Assembly: GCA_964392535.1 (NCBI GenBank)
Contig: CAYMPY010000001.1
Span: 1 to 52,713, forward strand
Origin: an uncultured Oscillospiraceae bacterium
Lineage (GTDB): Bacteria; Bacillota; Clostridia; Oscillospirales; Oscillospiraceae
Length of the DNA: 52,713 bases
Direction of reading: 5' to 3'
In this document: piece by piece, positions 9,425 to 18,426 of the stretch
Position numbering within the stretch: position 1 is the first letter of the stretch
Layout: the number at the start of each line of letters is the position of its first letter
The notes under the pieces: generated by a model
The model's database searches: none
Told to the model about the DNA's origin: nothing
The model's input: only the letters and a program-made list of their open reading frames with translations
Position numbers and translations under genes: made by a program

Positions 9425-9816
9425 GTGAAAAAAGACAGATTTTGGCTGGTCCCGGTGATCTTCTCCTTAGTGGGACAGGTGGCCTGGGTCATGGAGAATA
9501 TGTACTTAAATGTATTTATTTATGAGCGGTTCAATGCCGATCAAAACGCGATTTCCGCCATGGTGGCCGCAAGCTCTGTGGCGGCGACCCTGACGACCCT
9601 GTTTATTGGCGCACTGTCCGATAAATTAGGCAAGCGGAAGGTGTTTATCAGTGGCGGCTATGTGCTTTGGGGCATCAGCATCTGGAGCTTTGCGGCCCTT
9701 AAAATGCAGACGGCACGCAATCGTTTTTGCCCAATGCAAATATCTTTTTGGCAGCCCTTGCAGGCGCACTGGTGCTGTGCCTGAGCCTGCTGCCCCTTAT
9801 GAAAAAGGAACGGTAA
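9425..9816 (+). pseudogene. MFS transporter with large internal deletion and frameshift
   Basis: N-terminus (GTG 9425) includes the MFS motif GALSDKLGKRK. Near 9700 it joins out of frame to a hydrophobic C-terminal segment NADGTQSFLPNANIFLAALAGALVLCLSLLPLMKKER* ending 1 nt before the GH2 start. Confidence 0.75.
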
Positions 9817-9817
9817 T

Positions 9818-11497
9818 ATGGAAAAATTGATGACGGTGCAAGGGGAGAAGTGCAGCGGTCAGCCCTGGACGGTGTACCCCCGACCCCAAATGCGCAGAGA
9901 AAGTTATGTAAACCTAAATGGCCTGTGGGAGCTGACGGTGACCCCTGATAAGAAGCGGCCCGCCACCTATGACCGACAGATCACAGTGCCATTTTGCGTA
10001 GAATCGGCCCTGTCCGGGGTGGAGGAGCATTTCCCCGATGGCCACAATCTGTGGTACAGACGGACCTTCCCAATGCCCGAAGGGACAGGACGGGTGTTGC
10101 TTCATATCGGTGCGGCAGATCAAATTGTAAAATGTTATGTAAACCGCAAAACGGTGGGCTTCCACATTGGCGGCTATACGGCCATGACCTTTGATATTAC
10201 CGATGCGTTGCAGGAAGAAAATGTACTGGAGCTGCGGATACTGGACGATCTGCGCACCCCCACGCTGCCCTATGGCAAGCAGACCCTGAACCGGGGCGGT
10301 ATGTGGTATACCCCGGTGTCCGGCGTGTGGCAGACGGTTTGGCTGGAGCGGGTGCCTGAAAAGCACATCCAGCGGCTGAAGATCGAAAACCGTGGCTACG
10401 GTGTCCGTGTATCCACTGTGCCGGAAATGGAGGGCACGGTGACGGTCAAGGGGCTGGGCACATTCCCATTGGGCACGGAGATTTGCCCGGAAAACCCACG
10501 GCTGTGGAGTCCCGAAGAGCCCAACTTATACGAAATGACCGTTCAGGCCGGGGAGGACCGGGTGGAGAGCTACTTTGCCATCCGCAGCCTGGAAATTAAA
10601 AAGTATAAGGGTGTAAAACGGCTGTGCCTCAACGGAAAGCCCTATTTCTTCCACGGGCTGCTGGATCAGGGCTACTGGCCCGACGGCATTTACACCCCTG
10701 CCGATCCTTCCTGCTATGGGGAGGATATTGCCGCCATGAAGGCCTTGGGCTTTAATTCCCTGCGCAAGCACATCAAGGTGGAGCCGGAGGAATTTTACTA
10801 TCAGTGTGACCGGCTGGGCATGATCGTTTTTCAGGATTTGGTCAATAACGGCGATTATTCCTTTATGCGGGATACGGCGCTGCCCACCGCCGGTGTACAG
10901 AAGCTGGATGACCGCAAATTGCACACCGATCCCACCACCCGAAAAGAGTTTAAGCGGTGTATGGATGAAACCGTCATACAGCTGCAGAATCACCCCAGTA
11001 TCTGTTACTGGACCATCTTTAACGAGGGCTGGGGTCAGTTTGACAGTGACAATATGTATGACCGGTTCAGAAAGCTGGACGATACCCGCTTCATCGACTC
11101 TACCTCCGGCTGGTTCCGCAGAAAGAAATCCGATGTGGAGAGCCTGCACATTTATTTTGGGCCCTGGAATAAGCTGAAGGCGGGGGATAAGCCCCTGGTG
11201 CTCAGCGAGTTCGGCGGCTACACCTACCCGGTGGAGGGGCATCTGTTTAATAAAGAAAAGGCCTACGGCTACAAAACCTGCAAGACCCTGACCGATTATC
11301 AGCAGGCCATCCAAAAGCTCTATCTGGAGCGGATCGTCCCGGCAGTGAAAAAGGGTCTGTGCGCCGCCATCTACACCCAGGTCAGTGACGTGGAGGACGA
11401 GATCAACGGCCTGCTCACTTACGACCGTAAGGTCAACAAAACAGACAAAGAGTCCATGCTGGATATTGCCCAAAGACTTAAAAATGCAATAAAGTAA
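9818..11497 (+). CDS. Glycoside hydrolase family 2 (beta-galactosidase/glucuronidase-like)
   Basis: YPRPQMRR...NLNGLW, GLLDQGYWPDG, LRKHIKVE, NHPSICYWTIFNEGW (acid/base) and LSEFGG (nucleophile). Confidence 0.92.
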   Translation: MEKLMTVQGEKCSGQPWTVYPRPQMRRESYVNLNGLWELTVTPDKKRPATYDRQITVPFCVESALSGVEEHFPDGHNLWYRRTFPMPEGTGRVLLHIGAADQIVKCYVNRKTVGFHIGGYTAMTFDITDALQEENVLELRILDDLRTPTLPYGKQTLNRGGMWYTPVSGVWQTVWLERVPEKHIQRLKIENRGYGVRVSTVPEMEGTVTVKGLGTFPLGTEICPENPRLWSPEEPNLYEMTVQAGEDRVESYFAIRSLEIKKYKGVKRLCLNGKPYFFHGLLDQGYWPDGIYTPADPSCYGEDIAAMKALGFNSLRKHIKVEPEEFYYQCDRLGMIVFQDLVNNGDYSFMRDTALPTAGVQKLDDRKLHTDPTTRKEFKRCMDETVIQLQNHPSICYWTIFNEGWGQFDSDNMYDRFRKLDDTRFIDSTSGWFRRKKSDVESLHIYFGPWNKLKAGDKPLVLSEFGGYTYPVEGHLFNKEKAYGYKTCKTLTDYQQAIQKLYLERIVPAVKKGLCAAIYTQVSDVEDEINGLLTYDRKVNKTDKESMLDIAQRLKNAIK

Positions 11498-11507
11498 TGG
11501 CGTGTAT

Positions 11508-11571
11508 GTAGGGGCGACTATCATGGCGCCCGTTAGGTACGATATTGCGGGCGATCACAGATCGCCCCTAC
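11508..11571. repeat. GTAG-type REP doublet
   Basis: gtaggggcgactatcatggcgcccg inverted with cgggcgatcacagatcgcccctac. Confidence 0.78.
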
Positions 11572-11578
11572 GAAAATC

Positions 11579-11608
11579 GGGTCTGTTGCGTGATATGCAA
11601 CAGACCCT
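11579..11608. terminator. Hairpin between convergent genes
   Basis: gggtctgttgc / gcaacagaccc stem. Confidence 0.6.
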
Positions 11609-11612
11609 GAAA

Positions 11613-12788
11613 TTATTTAAGTCCAAAGGCATTTTCCATGCGGCGGAGGGCCTCCCGGAGGTCTTCGTATTTGGAGGCGTAGCAGATGCGGATATAGCCT
11701 TCACCGTCCGGACCGAAGGCCGAGCCGGGGGAGGTGACTACATGGGCTTGATCCAGAATATATTCTGCTGTTTCGGCAGAGGACCTGTTAAACCCGGTGA
11801 TATTGGGAAACACATAAAACGCACCCTTAGGCAGCAGACAGCTAAAGCCGTTGATCTTATTAAGACCTTCTACGATCAAATGGCGGTTGCGGTCATAGTA
11901 CTGCCGCATCCGTTCCACATCCTCTTTACCCTTGTAAATGGCTTCTACAGCTGCCAGCTGCATAGGCTCGGGGATGCTGGCAATCATGTTTTCATGAAGC
12001 TTTATCATATTTTCAATAATATGGGCATTGGCACAGATGTAGCCCACCCGGAAGCCGGTCATGGCAAAGGTTTTGGAAAAGCTGTTGATGGTGATGCAGT
12101 AATCCTCCATGCCGGAGATCGCACCTAAGCTGTGCTGCTGAAAACCGTCATAGACCAGCATTTCATAGGGTTCGTCGGAAATGACGAAGAGCTTGTATTT
12201 TTTCACCAGCTCTGCGATCTTCTTCAGATCCTCCCGGTCCAATACGCCACCGGTTGGGTTAGAAGGGGAGTTAATGATGATGAGCTTGGTCTTGTCGGTG
12301 ATCAGCGGCTCGATCACATCGGCGGTCATTTTGAATTCGTTTGTCTCGTCTACCTTGGCATAGACGGTTTTGGCGTTGACCATGTCGATCTGGCCGCGGT
12401 AATCGGGCCAGTTTGGACCCTGGATGATGACCTCATCACCGGGATCGACCAAAGTGACCATGGCCAGCATCAGGGCCTGTGTAGCACCGCCGGTGATCAT
12501 AATATTTTTATCCGGGTCACAGGAAATGCCGTTTTCTGTTTGAAGCTTCCAGGCAATGGCATCACGCAGAGGCTTAATGCCGGCATTGGGGGTGTATTTT
12601 GTCTTACCGGCTTGCAGGCCCTTGATGGCAGCTTGCACAATGTAATCCGGAGTGGCAAAGCCGGGTTCGCCCAAGGTCAGGTTGATGGCATCGTCATAGC
12701 GTTTTGCAAGCTCGAACATTTTCCTCACACCGGACGGCAATGCGTTTTTTGCAGCGGTACTAATAAAGGTTCTGTGTTTCAAGGTCAT
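11613..12788 (-). CDS. PLP-dependent aminotransferase class I/II (AspC/PatA-like)
   Basis: INLTLGEPGF, NSPSNPTG, ISDEPY and NSFSKTFAMTGFRVGY (PLP lysine). Confidence 0.93.
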   Translation of the reverse strand: MTLKHRTFISTAAKNALPSGVRKMFELAKRYDDAINLTLGEPGFATPDYIVQAAIKGLQAGKTKYTPNAGIKPLRDAIAWKLQTENGISCDPDKNIMITGGATQALMLAMVTLVDPGDEVIIQGPNWPDYRGQIDMVNAKTVYAKVDETNEFKMTADVIEPLITDKTKLIIINSPSNPTGGVLDREDLKKIAELVKKYKLFVISDEPYEMLVYDGFQQHSLGAISGMEDYCITINSFSKTFAMTGFRVGYICANAHIIENMIKLHENMIASIPEPMQLAAVEAIYKGKEDVERMRQYYDRNRHLIVEGLNKINGFSCLLPKGAFYVFPNITGFNRSSAETAEYILDQAHVVTSPGSAFGPDGEGYIRICYASKYEDLREALRRMENAFGLK

Positions 12789-12956
12789 CCCTCCTTTTTG
12801 CCCAGTTTAATTCATAAACGATAAAAACACAATGGAAGTCTTAAAACAGAGAGCAGAATTAAAGTATATAATGAAAAAATGTTTAATTCTGATTGACGAC
12901 GGGCTGAGATTTGCATTATAATCCTGATATAGATAAAATAAAAAGGGTGATTGATC

Positions 12957-13394
12957 ATGGATGAAATCGATATCAGACTGATACGGCTATTATCCCAAAA
13001 CGCCAGAGCCACAGCCGCAGAACTGTCCAGAAGCATATGCCTTTCTGTACCGGCCATCAATAAGCGGATCGCACGGCTACAGCAATCGGGTAAGGTCCGT
13101 TTTACAGCTACGGTGGACAGCGAAACGGCCGGTAAGCCCATTGTGACCTTTATTTTACTGAATATTCAGAATATTTCCGCAACGGCCAAGCTGCTGGAAT
13201 ATGTGGAACAAGACCCGGATATTTTAGAGTGCTACGCCGTTACCGGAGAATATGACTATATTCTGAAGGTCTGCGCCAAAGATGTAAAGGCTCTGGAACG
13301 TAAGCTGAAGCTGCTGAAACAGCAAAAAGGCGTGATCAAAAGCAATACCCTCTTTGCACTGATGGAGAATAAAAACAGCCTTTGCAGTATATAG
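12957..13394 (+). CDS. Lrp/AsnC-family regulator
   Basis: MDEIDIRLIRLLSQNARATAAELSR HTH; ECYAVTGEYDYILKV RAM domain. Confidence 0.92.
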   Translation: MDEIDIRLIRLLSQNARATAAELSRSICLSVPAINKRIARLQQSGKVRFTATVDSETAGKPIVTFILLNIQNISATAKLLEYVEQDPDILECYAVTGEYDYILKVCAKDVKALERKLKLLKQQKGVIKSNTLFALMENKNSLCSI

Positions 13395-13403
13395 GAGAAG
13401 CAA

Positions 13404-14531
13404 ATGGAAGAACAGTTACTTGCCTATGCGGTGGAATGTCGCAGATATCTGCATGTGCATCCCGAGGTGGGCTTTGACCTGCCTTTGACCACTGCCTTTG
13501 TGCGGCAGAAATTGGAGGAAAGCGGTCTTGTGCCTACGGATCGTTACGGCACTTGCAGTTTGGTGGCAGAGCTTGGCCCGGAAAACGCACCGATCATTGC
13601 GCTGCGTGCGGATATGGATGCTCTGCCGGTGGAGGAAAAGACAGGGCTGCCCTTTTCTTCTTGCCACCCAGGGAACATGCATGCCTGCGGCCATGATGCC
13701 CACACGGCGGTGCTTTTGGCGGTTGCAAAGCACTTAAAGCAACAGGAACGGCAGCTTACAAACCGTATCCGACTGATCTTCCAGCCCAGTGAGGAGGGAA
13801 CGGTTAGCGGTGCAAAAATGATGGTGGACAATGGTGTAATGCAGGGCGTTAAATATGTGATCGCCACCCATTGTGAAAACAGATTGGAAACCGGTCAGCT
13901 GGGCGTCTGCACAGGTAATTGCATGGCGGCCTGTGCGCCTATTTCTCTAGAATTTTTTGGAAAGACCAGCCACGCCACTGCACCCCAATGCGGCGTAGAT
14001 GCCATCGCTATGGGTCACAGGGCTTACGGAGAACTGAAAAAAATAGTGGCGGAGATCGCCGGAACTGAGCCTTATATTTGGTCGGTGGGTACATTCCAGG
14101 GTGGTACGGCTCATAATGTGGTGGCAGACTATTGTAAAATGGATATTTCTTTCCGCTTTTACAATTATGCTTTTGCCCGACAGGTGCAACAGGCTGTGGA
14201 GCAGACTGGAAGTGATGTGGCACGATCCTTTGGCGGGACATTTAAGCTTAACTGGAAGATCAGCACCGGTGCGGTGTACAACGAGCCTGCGCTGACGAAG
14301 CTCTTTAAGCAGCGGATGGAATGTGCCGGTGTGCCGGTGGCAGATATGCCGCCGCGTATGAGCTCTGAGGACTTTGGCTGGTATCTGACCAAAGCACCGG
14401 GGATGCTGATGCGCTTCGGTACACGGACAAAGGGCAACGGCTCTGCCCATCAAAATGATTTCCGGATCGATGAAGATGGCATGGCCTATGCCATCCGGGC
14501 CTTTACGACCATGGTATTACAGGGCTTATAA
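13404..14531 (+). CDS. M20 family amidohydrolase
   Basis: RRYLHVHPE, ALRADMDALP, MHACGHDAH, FQPSEE and SEDFG motifs. Confidence 0.92.
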   Translation: MEEQLLAYAVECRRYLHVHPEVGFDLPLTTAFVRQKLEESGLVPTDRYGTCSLVAELGPENAPIIALRADMDALPVEEKTGLPFSSCHPGNMHACGHDAHTAVLLAVAKHLKQQERQLTNRIRLIFQPSEEGTVSGAKMMVDNGVMQGVKYVIATHCENRLETGQLGVCTGNCMAACAPISLEFFGKTSHATAPQCGVDAIAMGHRAYGELKKIVAEIAGTEPYIWSVGTFQGGTAHNVVADYCKMDISFRFYNYAFARQVQQAVEQTGSDVARSFGGTFKLNWKISTGAVYNEPALTKLFKQRMECAGVPVADMPPRMSSEDFGWYLTKAPGMLMRFGTRTKGNGSAHQNDFRIDEDGMAYAIRAFTTMVLQGL

Positions 14532-14575
14532 AAAGTGGGCGTGCTGCAGTTAAAAATACTGCAGCACGCCCTTTT
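14532..14575. terminator. Bidirectional intrinsic terminator
   Basis: gggcgtgctgcagt / actgcagcacgccc stem flanked by A and T tracts. Confidence 0.82.
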
Positions 14576-14591
14576 CGATGGTTTTAATTCT

Positions 14592-15056
14592 TCATTTCTC
14601 AGGTAGTCCCGTTTTGCTCAGCTTCTGCAAATTGCCGGTGATCAGCTCCAGGGCCTCGTAGAAAATGATCCGCTTTTCCGTGGACAAGCCCTTGCTGGCG
14701 GTTTCCACAGCTGTAACGGCCATGCGGTTAATATCCTCTGCAAGACGGATGCCCTCAGCGGTCAGCTTCAGCCGGGAGCGGTAGGACTTGGTATTGCCGT
14801 CGCATCGCTCCACAAGACCCAACTGAACCATCTGATTCATAGCCCGGGATACATCGGCTTTGTCCCGGCTGCAGACCTCACTCAGCTGGGCGGCGGTAAT
14901 GCCGTCACGGTAGCGGTACAGGGCGGTAAAATATACGGCATAGGGGCCCTTCAGGCCATGGCTGCCCATGGCATCAGAGGCAATTCTGTGCCAGCAGCGG
15001 GAAATTTCGGATATGGCAAAAGAAAAACGCTCAAAACGGTCGATCATGTTAATCAT
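14592..15056 (-). CDS. MarR-family regulator
   Basis: GITAAQLSE...DKADVSRAMNQM...GLVER...LKLTAEG winged HTH. Confidence 0.85.
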   Translation of the reverse strand: MINMIDRFERFSFAISEISRCWHRIASDAMGSHGLKGPYAVYFTALYRYRDGITAAQLSEVCSRDKADVSRAMNQMVQLGLVERCDGNTKSYRSRLKLTAEGIRLAEDINRMAVTAVETASKGLSTEKRIIFYEALELITGNLQKLSKTGLPEK

Positions 15057-15068
15057 CCCTTTAATGCT

Positions 15069-15084
15069 TGTTGATTTATCAACA
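15069..15084. promoter_or_regulatory. Probable MarR autoregulatory operator
   Basis: Near-perfect palindrome tgttgatttatcaaca between the minus-strand promoter (ttgact ~15111, tatgct ~15089) and the marR start. Confidence 0.55.
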
Positions 15085-15171
15085 GCATACCATGTTTTTT
15101 GAAAAAGTCAACTGCTGAAAAAGAATGTTCCCCGACGGAAAACAAAAATTTTCCACCCATGGAAAAAACTA

Positions 15172-15200
15172 TTGACAAGCGGGAAAACCCATTGTATAAT
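15172..15200 (+). promoter_or_regulatory. Consensus sigma-A promoter of the trpB leader
   Basis: TTGACA-17 bp-TATAAT, perfect consensus. Confidence 0.88.
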
Positions 15201-15205
15201 CCCTA

Positions 15206-15361
15206 TAACCTCTGATTTATGAGGCAAGTGATGACAGCGAGAGATTTTGATACAAATCGAAGTTTGGAAACGCAGGAATACTTTGTGTATTTCAAGTTTT
15301 CAAACTGAAGAGTTGGGGCAAAAGATCCGCTGTCAGCCGCAGCCGAATAAAGCAGTGGTTA
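15206..15361 (+). mobile_element. ~156-bp MITE-like element, copy 1
   Basis: Highly similar to the reverse complement of 26776-26933; termini taacc(t)ctg...cagtggtta. Confidence 0.75.
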
Positions 15362-15368
15362 CTATAAC

Positions 15369-15631
15369 AAACCGTTGAAGCGGAGGGACGATGAAAGAGC
15401 CTTCAAAGCGAGTCCGGGGTGGTGGGAGCCGGGTAAGAAGTGTTCGTCGAATGGACCGCCGAGGGCGCAGGGAAACGAGTTTTTCGGAGTAAACTGTGAC
15501 GTGTGGGCATACGTCAGTTGCCGGGGATATGCAGGTATCCCGCAAAGTGCACAGGGTCATACCTGTGAAATCAAGGTGGCACCGCGGATCATGTATTCGT
15601 CCTTGACAGTATTTCTGTCAGGGATTTTTTG
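15369..15631 (+). promoter_or_regulatory. Tryptophan T-box riboswitch
   Basis: Stem I with GCGAG / GGTGGGAG loop motifs; specifier GAA-TGG-AC (TGG at 15452-15454 = Trp); T-box AAGGTGGCACCGCG at 15573; terminator tccttgacag/ctgtcaggga + T-tract at 15600-15631. Confidence 0.9.
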
Positions 15632-15719
15632 TTTTTTGGAGGTAATTTTTATGCTGTACAAACGATGGCGATGCTGCATCTTACCATAAACCATTTATCA
15701 TATTTTGGAGGAATATATT

Positions 15720-16940
15720 ATGAAGTTTAACAACGTTGATTTTGATACTTATTTTAAAAACTACCCCGATCAGAACGGTTATTTCGGCCGCTACGGCGGT
15801 GTGTTTATTGAGCCCAAGCTGCAAAAGGCCATGGAGGAGATCACCGAGGCCTACTTCACCATCTGTAAGTCCAGCAAGTTTATCAGCGAGCTGCGCCGGA
15901 TCCGTAAGGAATTCCAGGGCCGTCCTACCCCCATTTCCCATTTGGAGCGGCTCTCCGGCAAGCTGGGCAATGTCCAGCTGTATGTCAAGCGTGAGGACTT
16001 AAACCACACCGGCGCCCACAAGCTGAATCACTGCATGGGCGAGGGCCTGCTTGCCAAGTATATGGGCAAGAAAAAGGTCATTGCCGAGACCGGTGCAGGT
16101 CAGCACGGTGTGGCACTGGCCACCGCAGCAGCCTATTTCGGCCTGGAATGTGACATTTACATGGGTGCGGTGGATATTAAGAAGCAAGCCCCCAATGTGG
16201 CAAGAATGAAAATTTTAGGCGCCAATGTGATCGAGGTCACCGACGGTCTGCAGACCCTGAAGGAGGCTGTGGATGCGGCCTTTGATGCTTACAGCCGGGA
16301 GTACGAGGATGCCATTTACTGCATCGGCTCTGTGGTAGGCCCCCATCCCTTCCCCATGATGGTCCGTGATTTCCAGAGTGTGGTTGGTATCGAGGCAAGA
16401 GAACAGTTTATGGGCATGACCGGCGAGCTGCCGGATGCCGTGGTGGCCTGCGTGGGCGGTGGCTCCAATGCTATGGGTATGTTCTCCGGCTTCCTAAACG
16501 ATCCAGTTGAAATTTATGGCATTGAGCCTTTGGGCAGGGGTTCCAAGCTGGGTGACCACGCTGCCAGCCTGACCTACGGCAGCGTGGGTGTTATGCACGG
16601 CTTTAACAGCATTATGCTCAAGGACGAAAACGGTGATCCTGCCCCGGTGTACTCCGTAGCCTGCGGTTTGGACTATCCCTCCAGCGGTCCGGAACACGCG
16701 TTTTTACATGACCTGGGCAGAGTCAAGTACGATGCCATCGGTGATGATGAGGCTATCGAAGCTTTCTTCACCCTGTCCCGGCTGGAGGGTATCATCCCGG
16801 CTGTTGAAAGCTCCCACGCTGTTGCCTACGGCATGAAGCTTGCCAAGCAAATGGGCCGTGGCTCCGTCCTCATCTGCCTGTCCGGCAGAGGCGACAAGGA
16901 CATGGACTTCGTCTTAGAGCAGTTCGGCGACCGACTGTAA
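15720..16940 (+). CDS. trpB: Tryptophan synthase beta chain (stand-alone)
   Basis: [14 protein letters not shown] (PLP Lys), [23 protein letters not shown] and [17 protein letters not shown] before ATG 15720. Confidence 0.95.
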   Translation: MKFNNVDFDTYFKNYPDQNGYFGRYGGVFIEPKLQKAMEEITEAYFTICKSSKFISELRRIRKEFQGRPTPISHLERLSGKLGNVQLYVKREDLNHTGAHKLNHCMGEGLLAKYMGKKKVIAETGAGQHGVALATAAAYFGLECDIYMGAVDIKKQAPNVARMKILGANVIEVTDGLQTLKEAVDAAFDAYSREYEDAIYCIGSVVGPHPFPMMVRDFQSVVGIEAREQFMGMTGELPDAVVACVGGGSNAMGMFSGFLNDPVEIYGIEPLGRGSKLGDHAASLTYGSVGVMHGFNSIMLKDENGDPAPVYSVACGLDYPSSGPEHAFLHDLGRVKYDAIGDDEAIEAFFTLSRLEGIIPAVESSHAVAYGMKLAKQMGRGSVLICLSGRGDKDMDFVLEQFGDRL

Positions 16941-16949
16941 TTGATAATT

Positions 16950-17020
16950 CGGCGGGAGACAAGCCCCCGCCCTACAACATCTCCCAAAGGAGTGCGTAGG
17001 GCAGGGGCTTGCTCCTGCCG
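16950..17020. repeat. GTAG-type REP doublet
   Basis: cggcgggagacaagcccccgccctac inverted with gtagggcaggggcttgctcctgccg. Confidence 0.78.
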
Positions 17021-17100
17021 TTTCATTTTTTAAGCCTTGACTATGGACGTGGTGACGGTGTACAATGTAAAAACAGGTAGAAAAGAGGAGGCGGTTCAGG

Positions 17101-18390
17101 ATGATGGAGGTATATACGCCACAGGCGTGGCTTTCGATCTTTGGCGGATGTCCCAGCCTGGTCATCGATGACAAGGGCTATATTTATTCGGCAGACGGCT
17201 ATTATAAGATTTTTTCCGATAGTCCTGTTGGAAAGATCGATTTTGAAAAGGGTTATATTTACGACGGGCATTATTTGGATCTATTCCCCACGCCCATTGC
17301 CTGGATGAATCGGGAGGGCGATGTGTATAAGGTCCGGGAGTACGGTAAAGGTCCTTTCAGCGATCCCATTTTGTATATTCAGGGTGAAAAGATCTATACG
17401 CCCCAGGAGTATTTGCGGATCTTTGGAGGAACGCCCAGCGGGTATATTAAAAATAACGGCAGCAGCTATTCCGGCGGTTCTTCCTCCACCGGTTCTTCCC
17501 CCGCCGGAAGCAAAACCACCCCTGCAGCTTCAGGTGGTGGCGGTGGCGGCGACTTCATGACCATGCTGCTGTTTATACCGATGCTTTTTATTATTGGAGG
17601 CCTCGTGTATATCCTGTCTGATGAAAGCCGTCTGGCCAATGCCACATCGGTTTTGGCCCTCATTGTGGATGCTGCTGCGGTTATTGCGGCCATATGCAGA
17701 CTGCTCATGGGCAAGATCCATTTGTCATGGGATGGAAAACGGTTTTTAAAGGCCTTCCTTGTTGGCTTCGGCGTTTATTTTGCGGCTACAGCACTGTTTG
17801 TCCTTTTGGGCCTGGGCTCTAATTTGGGCACAGGTCACAGCCTTTCCGATGCCGGCGGAGACCAGCTGGAGCTGTCCGCCATGCTCATCGGCTTGCCCTT
17901 TGTGATAGAGGGCTTCTTTGGAAAAGGACCGAAGAAGAAAGAAGCCCAGACCTACACACCTTCTGCGCAAACTTATACACCGCCCAAACAGGCGTATACG
18001 CCTCCCAAACAGACTTATACGCCTCCTAAACAGACCTACACCCCTCCTGCGCAAACCTATACCCCGCCGGTTTTGTCTGCCAAAGAGGTTGTACGGCGGG
18101 TCATGGTGCAGGAATTTGGAGAGCGGGCGGTATTCCCGGATGCGCTGATCGGCAGAAATACTGCGGATAAGGTGGATTTCCTCCTGCGTGTGGAGGGCTG
18201 TCCTGTGCGCGTATTTATGATCCTTCCGGACGCAGCGACCACCCAGGCATATCAAAATGCGCAGCGGATCGGTATGCTGTGGCAAAATCGGGGCGCTTAT
18301 TGGCATATTGTCTATGAGCGGGACTGCCGTGACCCGGCCTATGTCCGCCAATGGCTGCACAGCGCCCTGAAAAACGTAATCAAACGATAA
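17101..18390 (+). CDS. Hypothetical membrane protein (4 TM) with QTYTPP[K/A] repeats
   Basis: GAGGAGG RBS; internally repeated YTPQxxLxIFGGxPS motif; central hydrophobic helices; heptapeptide repeats. Confidence 0.72.
   Translation: MMEVYTPQAWLSIFGGCPSLVIDDKGYIYSADGYYKIFSDSPVGKIDFEKGYIYDGHYLDLFPTPIAWMNREGDVYKVREYGKGPFSDPILYIQGEKIYTPQEYLRIFGGTPSGYIKNNGSSYSGGSSSTGSSPAGSKTTPAASGGGGGGDFMTMLLFIPMLFIIGGLVYILSDESRLANATSVLALIVDAAAVIAAICRLLMGKIHLSWDGKRFLKAFLVGFGVYFAATALFVLLGLGSNLGTGHSLSDAGGDQLELSAMLIGLPFVIEGFFGKGPKKKEAQTYTPSAQTYTPPKQAYTPPKQTYTPPKQTYTPPAQTYTPPVLSAKEVVRRVMVQEFGERAVFPDALIGRNTADKVDFLLRVEGCPVRVFMILPDAATTQAYQNAQRIGMLWQNRGAYWHIVYERDCRDPAYVRQWLHSALKNVIKR
17947..18069 (+). repeat. Six tandem 21-nt coding repeats (QTYTPPK-like)
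   Basis: ca(g/a)ac(c/t)ta(c/t)ac.cc.cc... repeated with a 21-nt period. Confidence 0.85.
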
Positions 18391-18394
18391 AGTA

Positions 18395-18426
18395 ATCCCC
18401 TGTTGCAAGCAACAGGGGATCATTTT
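18395..18426. terminator. Intrinsic terminator between convergent genes
   Basis: atcccctgttgc / gcaacaggggat stem followed by T-run. Confidence 0.75.

Noticed and set aside
15375..15689. 104-aa ORF upstream of trpB
   Set aside because: Overlaps the T-box RNA and its terminator; only the last 12 codons have an RBS
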